Shown here piece by piece: positions 29,531 through 39,568 of a stretch of 64,000 nucleotides of DNA (within the stretch, counting starts at the first letter, position 1; the number at the start of each line of letters is the position of its first letter). The stretch comes from Dehalococcoidia bacterium (GTDB lineage: Bacteria; Chloroflexota; Dehalococcoidia; UBA2979), in the NCBI GenBank assembly GCA_965262725.1, contig OZ253555.1, forward strand, positions 1,504,001 through 1,568,000, given 5' to 3'. Under the pieces are notes generated by a model. The model saw nothing but the letters and a program-made list of their open reading frames with translations. It was not told where the DNA came from and did not search any database. The translations under genes and the position numbers were made by a program.

Positions 29531-30757
29531 GTGGCCCCGATCGAGGGAGCGTCGTCCGGCAGCGGCGGCCCTAGGGGCCTTGCCGGTGTTCGCGTCGTGG
29601 ATGCCGCGACGCTCTTCGCGGGCCCGCTGATGGCGACCGTGCTCGGCGACTTCGGCGCGGATGTCATCAAGGTGGAACACCCGACCCGTGGCGACCCGGT
29701 CCGGGATCACGGGGAGAGCAAGGACGGCCACGGGCTATGGTGGAAGCAGATGTCGCGCAACAAGCGCGCCATCTCGCTCAACCTTTCGAACGAGACCGGC
29801 CAGGAGTTGATGCTGGAGCTCCTGAAGACGGCCGACGTCTTCATCGAGAATTTCCGCCCCGGCACCCTGGAGCGGTGGAACCTCTCGCCCGAGATGCTCC
29901 TTGAGGTGAATCCGCGCCTGATCATCATGCGCTGCACCGGCTTCGGGCAGTTCGGCCCCTATGCGAGTCGGCCGGGGTTCGGCACGCTCGCAGAGGCGAT
30001 GAGCGGCTTCGCCGCCATCACGGGCCTGCCCGACGGGCCTCCGACATTGCCGCCGTTCGGGCTCGCGGACGGTATCGCCGGGCTCGCCGGTGCCAACGCG
30101 CTTCTGATCGCGCTCTACTGGCGAGACGCGCAGGGCGGCCGCGGTCAGGTGATCGACCTCGCGCTGATCGAGCCGATCCTGACGGTCCTCGGCGCCCAGC
30201 CCATCATCTACCAGCAGCTGGGCCTCAAGCAGACCCGGCACGGCAACCGCTCCGTCAACAACGCGCCCCGCAACACCTACGAGACGCGTGACGGGCGGTG
30301 GGTTGCCGTCTCGACGAGTGCGCAGGCGATCGCCGAGCGCGTGATGCACCTGGTGGGCCACCCTGAGGTCATAGACGAGCCGTGGTTTGCCGGAGGCGTG
30401 AGCCGGGCCAGGCATGCCGACGAACTCGACGAGATGGTCGGAAGCTGGATCGCTCAGCGCGATTTCGACGACGTGGTCGCGAAGTTCGAGGAGGCGCAGG
30501 CTGCAGTCGCGCCGATCTACGACGTTGAGGACATTCTCAACGACCCACAGTTCCAGGCGCTCGACTCGATCACCACGGTCGACGATCCGGACCTCGGACC
30601 GCTGCGCATGCAGAACGTGATGTTCCGGATGTCGGAGACGCCCGGTGAGATTCGCTTCCCCGGTCGCCCCCGCGGCTCCGACAACGAGGAAGTCTTCGGC
30701 GAGCTCGGCGTGACCCCGCAGCAGCTCGCGGAGCTCCGCGAGCGGGGCGCCGTCTAG
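29531..30757 (+). CDS. Family III CoA-transferase (CaiB/BaiF)
   Basis: FAGP, DFGADVIKVE, RNKR, ENFRPG, GFGQFGPY. Confidence 0.9.
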   Translation: MAPIEGASSGSGGPRGLAGVRVVDAATLFAGPLMATVLGDFGADVIKVEHPTRGDPVRDHGESKDGHGLWWKQMSRNKRAISLNLSNETGQELMLELLKTADVFIENFRPGTLERWNLSPEMLLEVNPRLIIMRCTGFGQFGPYASRPGFGTLAEAMSGFAAITGLPDGPPTLPPFGLADGIAGLAGANALLIALYWRDAQGGRGQVIDLALIEPILTVLGAQPIIYQQLGLKQTRHGNRSVNNAPRNTYETRDGRWVAVSTSAQAIAERVMHLVGHPEVIDEPWFAGGVSRARHADELDEMVGSWIAQRDFDDVVAKFEEAQAAVAPIYDVEDILNDPQFQALDSITTVDDPDLGPLRMQNVMFRMSETPGEIRFPGRPRGSDNEEVFGELGVTPQQLAELRERGAV

Positions 30758-30761
30758 GCTC

Positions 30762-31691
30762 GTGGCTGGCGAGCGGCCGGACGGCCTCGCCCCTCTGCGC
30801 CCGGTCCGCAGTCATCTCTATGCGCCCGGCAACAGCGAGAAGCTGCTGGACCGCGTGATGTCGGCGGGCGCCGACGCCGTCGTGCTCGACCTCGAGGATG
30901 CGGTGCCGCCGCCGGAGAAGGAGCGGGCTCGCGAGCTGGTGGCGGCGACTGTCCGTGCACGCGCGGCCGATCCGGATCCGCTCGTCTTCGTCCGCGTCAA
31001 CCATCCGTCGACGGGACTGACCGCCAACGAGGTGGCGTCCGTCGTGTGCGCCGGCATCGCCGGCATCCGCGTGCCCAAGACGGAGAGCGCCGGCGACGTG
31101 CGACAGGTTGCGACATGGATCGCGAAGGCGGAGCGTGAGGTCGGGCTGCCCGCCGGCTCCGTGGCGCTCATCCCCATCATCGAGAGCGCGAAGGGCGCGT
31201 GGCGGGCCGAGGAGATAGCAGGCGCCGATCCGCGCGTGCTCGCGCTCGCCTACGGCGCTGCCGATTTCGTGCGGGATCTCGACGCCAGGCCCGGCGCGGG
31301 CGGCACGGAGACCCTCTACGCCCGCTCGCGGCTGGTGCTCGCTTCGAGGGTCGCGGGAGTGCGGCCTCCCATCGATTCGGTGCTGACGAGGCTCGACGAC
31401 GAGGCGGCGCTCCGCGCCGAGGCGGCGCAGGCGCGCGCGCTCGGCTACTTCGGCAAGTCGGCGATCCATCCGCGCCAGCTCCCCGCGATCCACGAGGCGT
31501 TCACTCCGACTGCGGAGGAAGTCGCTCACGCCCGCGCCATCCTCTCTGCCCAGGACGCGGCAGAGCGCACCGGCTCCGGTGCGACCACCACCGCGGCGGC
31601 GGGAGGTGCGGGGCGCGAGTTCGTGGATGTGGCGGTCGTGCGTCGCGCCAGGCAGACGCTCGAGCTCGCGGAGCGGCTCGGCGTCGGCTAG
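30762..31691 (+). CDS. CitE/HpcH-family CoA-ester lyase
   Basis: RSHLYAPG, DLEDAV, VRVN, IESAKG, GAADF, KSAIHPRQ. Confidence 0.9.
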   Translation: MAGERPDGLAPLRPVRSHLYAPGNSEKLLDRVMSAGADAVVLDLEDAVPPPEKERARELVAATVRARAADPDPLVFVRVNHPSTGLTANEVASVVCAGIAGIRVPKTESAGDVRQVATWIAKAEREVGLPAGSVALIPIIESAKGAWRAEEIAGADPRVLALAYGAADFVRDLDARPGAGGTETLYARSRLVLASRVAGVRPPIDSVLTRLDDEAALRAEAAQARALGYFGKSAIHPRQLPAIHEAFTPTAEEVAHARAILSAQDAAERTGSGATTTAAAGGAGREFVDVAVVRRARQTLELAERLGVG

Positions 31692-31715
31692 CGCGACGGA
31701 GGGTGGGAGGCGGCG

Positions 31716-32549
31716 ATGAGCACGAGCGGAGCGCCGGAGAGCGTGGGGGAGCAGCTCGCCGCGCTCGTGGCGCGCGCGCGTGTATTTGACCTCGGTCATC
31801 CGCTAGAACCGACGATGCCGATCTCGCCGAACCATCCCGGCTATCGGATGGCCCTGCTCAGGCGCCACGGCGACATGGTGCGCCCTGACGGCGGATCCGC
31901 CGCAAATGAGATGATCGTGATGGGGGGACACACCGGCACGCACTTCGATGCGCTGTGTCATGTCTCGCACCAGGGAAAGCTTCACGGCGGCATCGACGCG
32001 GCCTCCGCGCAGACCCATGGTTCGCGCTTCTCTCAGCTCGGGGTCGAGACCGTCGAGCCGATCGTCTGTCGGGGTGTGCTCCTGGACATCGCGGCGGCGC
32101 GTGGGGTGGACGTGCTCGCCCCCGGCGAGCCCATCACGGCCGGGGATCTTGCCGCCGCCGCCGAGCGGGCGGGGGTCGAGGTGGGGGCCGGAGATGCGGT
32201 CCTCGTGCGCTCCGGCTGGGCACGCTACTGGGACGATCCTCCGCGCTACATCGGTCACGATTCGGGCGTGCCCGGCCCGGAGGAGGGCGCCGCGCGATGG
32301 CTCGCCGATCGCGGCATCCTCGTCACCGCGCACGACTCCATGGCATACGAGCATCTGCCGCCCGGGTCCGGTCACCGCCTGCTTCCCGTCCACCGTATCC
32401 TGCTCGTGGAGGCGGGCGTCTTCATCATCGAGAACGCGAACATGGAGGCGCTCGCCGCCGCGGGCGTGTGCGAGTTCCTCTTCTCCGTGAGCCCGCTTCC
32501 CTTCGTCGGCGGGACGGGCTCCCCGGTCCGCCCCGTCGCCGTCGCCTAG
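31716..32549 (+). CDS. Cyclase family (kynurenine formamidase-like) metal hydrolase
   Basis: HTGTHFDALCH, GVLLD, VRSGW, IIEN, GTGSPVRP. Confidence 0.88.
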   Translation: MSTSGAPESVGEQLAALVARARVFDLGHPLEPTMPISPNHPGYRMALLRRHGDMVRPDGGSAANEMIVMGGHTGTHFDALCHVSHQGKLHGGIDAASAQTHGSRFSQLGVETVEPIVCRGVLLDIAAARGVDVLAPGEPITAGDLAAAAERAGVEVGAGDAVLVRSGWARYWDDPPRYIGHDSGVPGPEEGAARWLADRGILVTAHDSMAYEHLPPGSGHRLLPVHRILLVEAGVFIIENANMEALAAAGVCEFLFSVSPLPFVGGTGSPVRPVAVA

Positions 32550-32593
32550 CGTCGGCGACCGGCGCGCGCGCCCAGGCAGGGGGGAGGCGATGC

Positions 32594-34009
32594 ATGGCTA
32601 AGCAGGGCGATGAGACGATCCTGCGCACGCTCTCCGAGTTCATGGTGGGGACGGCGCCGGAGACCCTGCCGGCGGACGTCGCCTCGAGCGCCCGGCAGCG
32701 CGTCCTCGACGCGCTCGGGATCTGCCTGGCGGCCGACGCCCTGGGGCTGGGCGACGGGGCGTGGGAGATCGTCCGGGAGTGGGGCGGCCGCGGGGAGTCG
32801 AGCGTCGTCGCTCGCGAGGGCCGCTTCCCGGCCCCGCAGGCGGCTCTGGTGAACGGGACGCTCGCGCACAGCCTCGACTTCGACGACACCCATCTCCCCT
32901 CGGTTCTGCACCCGAGTGCCTCCGTCGTGCCGGCCGTCTTGGCACAGGCGGAGGCATCCGGCGCAAGCGGCGCGCAGGCGCTCGCGGCCGTGGCGTCGGG
33001 CCTCGAGGTCTGCGTGCGGCTGGGGATGGGTGGCTACCTCGAAGAGGAGGGGAACATCTTCTTCGAGAAGGGGTGGCACGCAACATCGATCTGCGGCGCG
33101 ATCGCGTCGGCCGCAGCGGGCGCCCGCCTGCTCGGCCTCGACGCAGCCGGTATCGGCCACGCGATGGGTATCGCCTCGAGCATGGCGGGCGGTCTCATCG
33201 AGTCCAACCGCGCCGGCGGCACCGTCAAGCGTCTGCACTGCGGGTGGGCGGCACACTCTGGCCTCACGGCCGCGCGGCTCGCCCAGCACGGCTACACCGG
33301 CCCCCCCACCGTTTTCGAGGGCCGCTTCGGCTTCTACAACGCCTATTGCGACGGTCGCTACGACAAGGAGGCGATCCTCGGCGGACTCGGCGAACGCTGG
33401 GAGGTTCCCGGGATCTTCTTCAAGCCCTACCCGGCGAATCACTACACGCATGCGGGAATCGACGCGGCACTCACCATCCGCGCGAGGCATGGCGTGGACG
33501 CGGACCGAATTGCGCGGATACGCCTCGGAGGAGCGACGTCCGCACTCCGCACGATCGGTGAGCCCCGCGAGGAGAAGCTGCACCCGCAGTCCGGGTACCA
33601 CGCGCAGTTCAGTGGGCCGTTCACGGTCGCGGCCGCATTGCTAGGGGGCGGCGGTCTGGGGCTCTCCTTCGAGGACTTCACCGACGAGCGCGCCGCCGAT
33701 CCCCGCGTGCTCGCGCTCGCCGCGAAGGTGGAGACCTACGCCGATCCGGAGTGTGATCGCATCTTCCCGATGCAGTTCCCCGCCGTGCTGAGCGTGGAGA
33801 TGGATGACGGGACCGTCTTCGAGGAGCGCGTGCTCGTGAACCGCGGCGGCCCCGGTAATCCCCTCACCGACGGCGAGCTGCGGACGAAGTTCCGGATCAA
33901 CGCGGAGCGAGCACTCCCGGCGGGGCGCGTGCAGGAACTCGCCGCGGCCTGTGACGCGCTCGCGGATGCACCGGGCGTCGCGGGGCTGCTCGACCTGACG
34001 CGGTCTTAG
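32594..34009 (+). CDS. MmgE/PrpD family protein
   Basis: NGTLAHSLDFDDTH..LHPS, KRLHCG, FEGRFG, KPYP. Confidence 0.9.
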   Translation: MAKQGDETILRTLSEFMVGTAPETLPADVASSARQRVLDALGICLAADALGLGDGAWEIVREWGGRGESSVVAREGRFPAPQAALVNGTLAHSLDFDDTHLPSVLHPSASVVPAVLAQAEASGASGAQALAAVASGLEVCVRLGMGGYLEEEGNIFFEKGWHATSICGAIASAAAGARLLGLDAAGIGHAMGIASSMAGGLIESNRAGGTVKRLHCGWAAHSGLTAARLAQHGYTGPPTVFEGRFGFYNAYCDGRYDKEAILGGLGERWEVPGIFFKPYPANHYTHAGIDAALTIRARHGVDADRIARIRLGGATSALRTIGEPREEKLHPQSGYHAQFSGPFTVAAALLGGGGLGLSFEDFTDERAADPRVLALAAKVETYADPECDRIFPMQFPAVLSVEMDDGTVFEERVLVNRGGPGNPLTDGELRTKFRINAERALPAGRVQELAAACDALADAPGVAGLLDLTRS

Positions 34010-34083
34010 CGGGGGTCCTCGGCGCAACTTCTAGCGAACATGGACGGTTCGATGCCCCCGGGTCCCCGGGGAGCCTGGCGCTG

Positions 34084-34353
34084 CTAGACTCCGGGCGGGT
34101 AGGGAGGTTGCCGCTGGGCTTCCTCCCACGCCTCATCGCTGAGCCCGGGCTGCCCGGTGCGGCCCTCTCGAGGTAGGTGCGCGTCGCTCGCGGGGCTGCG
34201 CGATGCGGGCACCGCGCTCAGAACGACGGCGATCGCGCCGAGCAGGAGGAAGCAGACGATCCCCGCGACGCCCCAGGGCTCGGGGATCGCCCAAAGTGAG
34301 AGCCCGATGGCGAGCGCCAAGACGGCGGTGACGTTGCGGATGCGCGTGCGCAT
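34084..34353 (-). CDS. Small two-TM hypothetical membrane protein
   Basis: Two hydrophobic stretches; GGAGA RBS-like sequence upstream. Confidence 0.5.
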   Translation of the reverse strand: MRTRIRNVTAVLALAIGLSLWAIPEPWGVAGIVCFLLLGAIAVVLSAVPASRSPASDAHLPREGRTGQPGLSDEAWEEAQRQPPYPPGV

Positions 34354-34418
34354 GGGTCAGTCTCCGCGTCGAGCGTAGCAGCACGCGGTGTTGCCGTGGC
34401 GCCAGGATGATGAGGAGG

Positions 34419-34817
34419 ATGCGGGTGCGCAAGCTGAGCCGTGACGAACTAGTCTCACTTGTCGTCGGCGACTACTTCGGTAAGACCGACGTGCGGCGGC
34501 TCGACGAGGTGCTGGAGACGATGCAACCCGACGTGACGTTTACGATCCCCACCCACGACATTCACCACGCCGGACGCGACACTGGTATCCGCACGATGTT
34601 CGAGCGGCTCTTCCAAGAGCACGCCGCCGTGTGGCACGGGGATTTCCACCATGTCGTCGATGTCGACGAGCAGTGGATATCAAGCCAGTTCACCGTCCGG
34701 AACACCGAGCACGACGGCTCGGTGACGGAGAAGCACAACTGCAATTTCTTTGAGGTCGTCGACGGGAAGTTCAGCCGCGTCTGGGTCTACATGCAGGGAG
34801 AGAACACGCTCAACTGA
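34419..34817 (+). CDS. SnoaL-like / NTF2-family protein
   Basis: YF..D, HHAGRD, NCNFFEV.DGKFSRVWVY. Confidence 0.75.
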   Translation: MRVRKLSRDELVSLVVGDYFGKTDVRRLDEVLETMQPDVTFTIPTHDIHHAGRDTGIRTMFERLFQEHAAVWHGDFHHVVDVDEQWISSQFTVRNTEHDGSVTEKHNCNFFEVVDGKFSRVWVYMQGENTLN

Positions 34818-35027
34818 CTCGGCACTCGGGCTGGGATCAGGGGCGGAGGCCCGTCCCATCGGCGTGTGCACCGGACACGGCGAGGGGGACGCACGCGAGG
34901 ACCGGTCCCTGAGGATGTCCCCTGCACTACCGCGCTCCGTGCGGGGGCATCGCTTCTGGCTCCTACCCTGCAGCGGGCCGATCGCTATCTCCGCGCCCGC
35001 TCTCGGCGTACGCTCGTCCGGCACTCG

Positions 35028-35104
35028 GGGCGATTAGCTCAGCTGGCGAGAGCATCCGGTTTACACCCGGAAGGTCGGAGGTTCGAGTCCTTCATCGCCC
35101 ACCA
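35028..35104 (+). tRNA. tRNA-Val(TAC)
   Basis: Cloverleaf with TTTACAC loop and CCA end. Confidence 0.95.
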
Positions 35105-35107
35105 TGA

Positions 35108-35457
35108 CGTAGTGAACTGCGAACTCCGCCGCTGAAGGCGACCTCAGCGTTGTCCAGAGCGCCGTTCTCAACAAGGACATGTGTTAGACCATGCCCGACC
35201 GAGGAAACACAGCATGCGCGCAAATCGGGCGATCGGTTTGGGCATCGCTCTCGGAGCTGGAGCAGGCGTAGGCATCGGCGCGGCACTCGGCAACATCGGC
35301 GTCGGTGTGGCAGTAGGAGTTGCCGTGGGCGTAGCGCTCAGCGCAAGTTGGGGCCGACATCGTCGCTAGGGTCGGTGCTAGCATTCCCTGGTCCAAGGCA
35401 CCCTCACTGAATCCTCATAGCAGAACCTCCCACCAAAAAAGTTCGCAGTTCGGTACG
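35108..35457. mobile_element. MITE-like unit bounded by 18-bp imperfect inverted repeats
   Basis: CGTAGTGAACTGCGAACT versus reverse complement CGTACCGAACTGCGAACT (16/18). Confidence 0.5.
35214..35369 (+). CDS. Small glycine-zipper membrane protein
   Basis: GAGGAA RBS; GLGIALGAGAGVGIGAALGNIGVGVAVG. Confidence 0.6.
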   Translation: MRANRAIGLGIALGAGAGVGIGAALGNIGVGVAVGVAVGVALSASWGRHRR

Positions 35458-35650
35458 CCCTGGCCCACCGACACGTACCGTACTCACAACTCGGCCCGAT
35501 AAGGCGACCTCCGCGGCGTCGGCGCCCCCGATGGGGCTGTCCTTCGGCGTTGGAATCGCGTAGTGCAGATGGCCACGCGGATCCGGCAGGCGGCCGCCCT
35601 GCCCGGGTGGCGCGGGTTCTGGCGAGCCGCGACGTGTAGGCCCGCAGCCA

Positions 35651-37243
35651 CTAGCGAGCAGCGCCTCCGCGCGGTTCCCCGCCCGCTGCTTTGTCGCCGG
35701 ATTCACCTTTCGCCCCCACGGGGAGGTGGCGCGCCGGCATGAACCTCCCGACGAGCACCGCGCCCGCGAGGGCGACTCCCGCTCCCGCGAGCACGGCGAC
35801 GCCGAGCGCGTCGGTGAACGCGATCTGCGCCGCGTCCTCGAGCTCGCGGGCGGCCTCGGCGGGCAACATCGACGCCACCCTGATTGCGGCTCCCACCGAG
35901 TCGCTCGCGGGCTCGGCGGCCTGCGGCGGCAGGCCGGCGACGGCCGCGTCCATGCGACCGGCGTAGGCGGTGTTGATGACGGAGCCGACGACGGCGACGC
36001 CGAAGGCTCCCGCCACCTGGCGCGTCACGTCGTTCATCGCCGAGGCGATGCCGGCGTTGGCCTCGGGGACCGCTCCCATCACCGAGTCGGTGGAGGGCGC
36101 CATGACGTTGCCCATGCCGAAGGCGAGCAGGAAGAAGGTCAGGCCGACGATTGCGTAGGGCGTGTCCGGCTGCCAGAGGCTGATGCTCACGAGGACTCCG
36201 GTCACGACGACAAGGCCCATGGCCACCACCCTGTTGGTGCCCAGCCTTCCGACCAAACGGTCGCTCATGCCCGCACCGACCGCGACGCCCAGCGCTACCG
36301 GAACCATCCTCAGGCCCGCCTCGAGCGGCGTGTAGTTCTGGACGAACTGCAGGTACTGCGTCATCCCGAAGATCATCCCGAAGAGGGCGAAGAACCCGAC
36401 CGCGATCGCCCCCGCCCCCGCCGAGAAGCGCAGGTTCCTGAAGAACGCGAGGTTGAGCATCGGGTGGTCGGTGCGGAACTCCCAGTAGAGGAACGCCGCG
36501 ACGAGAACCACGCCGCTCGCAAGGCCCCCGACGATCAGGACGTCCGTCCAGCCCCTAGCCGGGGCCTCGATGATCGAGTAGACGAGCGTCGTCACGGCTG
36601 CGATTGAGAGCCCGGCGCCGGGGAGGTCCAGCGACGGCGCATGCGGGTCCTTGCTCTCCGGGACGAGGAGGAGTCCGGCCACGAGGGCGACCGCGACAAT
36701 CGGGATGTTGACGAAGAACACGGACCCCCACCAGAAGTGCTCCAGCAGGAAGCCGCCGGTGAGCGGGCCGAGTCCGACGCCCAGCCCGGAGATCGCCGCC
36801 CAGACGCTGATCGCCCGGCCGCGCTCCTCCCTGGGGAAGACGTCGGTGAGGATCGAGAGGGTGGACGGCATGATCAGCGCGCCGCCGATGCCCAGCAGGG
36901 CGCGGGCCGCGATGAGCTGCGCGCTCGACTGCGAGTAGGCCGCGAGGAAGCTCGACACCCCGAAGGCGACGAGCCCCACCTGCAGCGCGCGCTTGCGGCC
37001 GAAGCGATCGCCGAGCGACCCCATCGTCAGTAGCAGTCCGGCGAAGACGAGGATGTAGGCGTCGACCATCCACTGCAGGGCGGTGGCGCTCGCATCGAAC
37101 TCCCGCTGAAGCGTCGGGAGCGCGACATTGAGGATCGTGTTGTCGAGCCCGATGATCAGAAGGCTCATCGAGAGGATGCCGAGGGTCCACCAGCGCCTGC
37201 CGTACGCAGTCGACCGAGCCGAGTCTGAGTTCGCCTCCGTCAC
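35651..37243 (-). CDS. MFS efflux transporter, DHA2 family
   Basis: LDNTILNVALP, GSLGDRFGRKR, many TM segments. Confidence 0.92.
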   Translation of the reverse strand: MTEANSDSARSTAYGRRWWTLGILSMSLLIIGLDNTILNVALPTLQREFDASATALQWMVDAYILVFAGLLLTMGSLGDRFGRKRALQVGLVAFGVSSFLAAYSQSSAQLIAARALLGIGGALIMPSTLSILTDVFPREERGRAISVWAAISGLGVGLGPLTGGFLLEHFWWGSVFFVNIPIVAVALVAGLLLVPESKDPHAPSLDLPGAGLSIAAVTTLVYSIIEAPARGWTDVLIVGGLASGVVLVAAFLYWEFRTDHPMLNLAFFRNLRFSAGAGAIAVGFFALFGMIFGMTQYLQFVQNYTPLEAGLRMVPVALGVAVGAGMSDRLVGRLGTNRVVAMGLVVVTGVLVSISLWQPDTPYAIVGLTFFLLAFGMGNVMAPSTDSVMGAVPEANAGIASAMNDVTRQVAGAFGVAVVGSVINTAYAGRMDAAVAGLPPQAAEPASDSVGAAIRVASMLPAEAARELEDAAQIAFTDALGVAVLAGAGVALAGAVLVGRFMPARHLPVGAKGESGDKAAGGEPRGGAAR

Positions 37244-37387
37244 ACGTCGCTCCTTCTCATCGCCGCGAGCGTACGGAGGGCGACCCGGCGACGCCTACCC
37301 AGGTGAGGCGCAGGTGATGCCGCCCGCAGCGGGCGCCCGCCTGCCGACGGTCGTTCTGCGCACGAACGTGGCGCGGTTCCCCGCAAG

Positions 37388-38029
37388 TCAGCCGGCGTCG
37401 GACGATCCGCCCGTGTAGAACGCCGTCGTCCGCATCGCCGCCGCCAGCGCCGCGTCGGGCTCGGTCCCGGCCGCGATCGCCGCTCGCGCCCACGCCTCGC
37501 TGCTTCCCACGATGAAGGCCTTGCCGTCGGGTGATGCGCCAAACGCGGCTTCGTCCAGTCTCGGCTCGTTCGGCCGCTTGAGATGGACCGCGAGTCCCAG
37601 CAGCGCCAGCTCCCACCCGACGCCGACCGCGCCCGGCCCGTATTCCCCCCAGTGGTCCGAGAGGTGCTGCGCGTGCGCGAGGGTCAGCCGCATGCGGCCA
37701 TCGCCCTCGTCGGAGAGGCGGACCTCCACCCAGCTGACGTTCTCCCCGAACTCCCAGGTGAGCGCGAAGCGTGACCCTCGTTCGCACTCCGTAATCACGC
37801 CGCTCGCGTTGCCTTCCAGTCGATAGCGCCCGCCGGCTTCGAGCTCACCGCTGATCGGCAGGAACCAGCGCTCGATGCGTTCGCTCCGAGTCAAGGCATC
37901 CCACAGAGCCTGCAGCGTCGTCGTGTAGCTCCGAGAGAACGTCACGGTGCGAGCGGACTCGCCGTCGCGCTCTCGCGTCGACACGGCGCGCTTGACGGCG
38001 TTGAGGTGACTCTCGATACCGGCGTGCAT
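37388..38029 (-). CDS. SRPBCC/AHSA1 domain protein
   Basis: LWDALT..ERIERWF, LTWE, GVGWE. Confidence 0.85.
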   Translation of the reverse strand: MHAGIESHLNAVKRAVSTRERDGESARTVTFSRSYTTTLQALWDALTRSERIERWFLPISGELEAGGRYRLEGNASGVITECERGSRFALTWEFGENVSWVEVRLSDEGDGRMRLTLAHAQHLSDHWGEYGPGAVGVGWELALLGLAVHLKRPNEPRLDEAAFGASPDGKAFIVGSSEAWARAAIAAGTEPDAALAAAMRTTAFYTGGSSDAG

Positions 38030-38084
38030 GGTTCTCCCTCGCGCGCAGCCGCCCGGCCGGCGAGAGCGTCCGCGGCTCGCCCGC

Positions 38085-39519
38085 CTAGGCGCCGGTGCGC
38101 TCCGCCCGCTCCGCGATCGCGCGCGGCAGGCGCGCGAAGATGCGGCGATGGACGGGCCAGAGCGCGTACCAGTAGAGCAGCCCGGGTGCGCCCGCGGGGT
38201 GGAAGTGCGCTTGAAGCACGACGCTCGATCCCCGGTCGCAGGGCTCGACGGCGAGCTCGAGGATCGCCGAACCCGGGAGCCTCATCTCGGCGAACAGCGT
38301 CAGCCGGCGCTCCGGCTCGACGGCCGCCACGCGCCAGAAGTCGAGCGGGTCGCCGGCTCTCAACTCGCTCGGATGACGCCGCCCCCGCCGCATCCCGGCG
38401 CCTCCCACCAGTCGGTCGAGCAGGCCGCGCAGTCGCCACAATGCGTTCGTGTAGTACCAGCCCTGCTCTCCACCGATCGCGGTGATCTCGGCCCACGCCG
38501 CAGCCGGCGGCGCGGCGCAGCGAGCTTCGTAGCGGGCAGACTTGCCATAATAGGAGACGTCGTGCCGCTGCTGGCGGAAGCCGAAAGCGCCCTCGGTCCA
38601 GCGGACCGGCAGCGCGGCCTTCGCCTCAGCGTCGAGCGCGGCGCGCACCGCCTGCTCGTAGCTGGCCTGAGGCCACGGGAGTAGCTCGCGCAGCTCGTCC
38701 GGGCGCTCGGAGACGAGGTCGTGTTTCAACCCGTCGATGAGCGGCCTCGCCACTCGCGCCGGGACGGAGGTGACGAGGTCCAGCCACCACGAGGAGAGCC
38801 GCGGGCTCAGCACGGGCACCGGGACGATCCGGAGCGGCCTCCTGACCACCCGCGCGAACTGCCGCAGCAGCTCCTCGTAGGTCAGCGTCTGCGGCCCCAC
38901 GGCGTCGTAGGTCTTCCCCGCCGTCTCCTCTAGTTCGGGTAGCCGAACTAGGATCTCGAGCAGGTCGTCGAGCGCGATGGGCTGGCTGCGCGAGTGCACC
39001 CAGCGGGGCGTGACCATCAGCGGCAGGTGGTAGACGAGGTCGCGGATCACCTTCGAAGGCGGCGGAGCCGGGGCCGACGACGATACCGGCACGGATCTCG
39101 GTGACGGGCACGGGGCCCGCGCGCAGCCGCTCCCCCGTCTCGCGGCGCGACCTGAGGTGCGGCGACCCGTCCCGTACCGGCTGAAGGCCGCCGAGGTAGA
39201 TGATGCGCCGAACGCCCGCTCGTTCAGCGGCCGTACGGAAGTACTCCGCGGCCTCGCGATCGCGTGTGGCGAAGTCCGGCCCGGCCGCCATCGAGTGGAC
39301 GAGGTACCAGGCGATCTCGACGCCGTCGAGCGTGCGCGTCAGCGAGCCCGCGTCGAGTGCGTCCGCCTCTGTGATCTCGACGCCGTCCCAGCCGCGCGCC
39401 TCGAGCGCGTCGCGGCGGCGCGATGCGGCGCGTACGCGGTAGCCGCGCGCCACCAGCCGCGGCACGAGGTGCGTGCCGATGTACCCGCTCGCGCCGAGGA
39501 CGAGGACCGACCGCGCCAC
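38085..39519 (-). pseudogene. NAD(P)-binding SDR with DUF2867-like C-terminus; one extra base near 39051
   Basis: GASGYIG, YLVHSM, GSAAFE|VIRDLV, LDFWRV, AEMRLPG, GLLYWY split across two frames. Confidence 0.8.
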
Positions 39520-39568
39520 GGTGCCCCCTTCATGCTCGCCACTGCGCGCGCCGCGTCGCGGCGCGGCC

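Noticed and set aside
29048-32593. Long N-terminal extensions of the ORFs at 29048 and 31955 (also 43000, 49945, 58946)
   Set aside because: They overlap upstream genes or are low complexity; family similarity starts at downstream start codons
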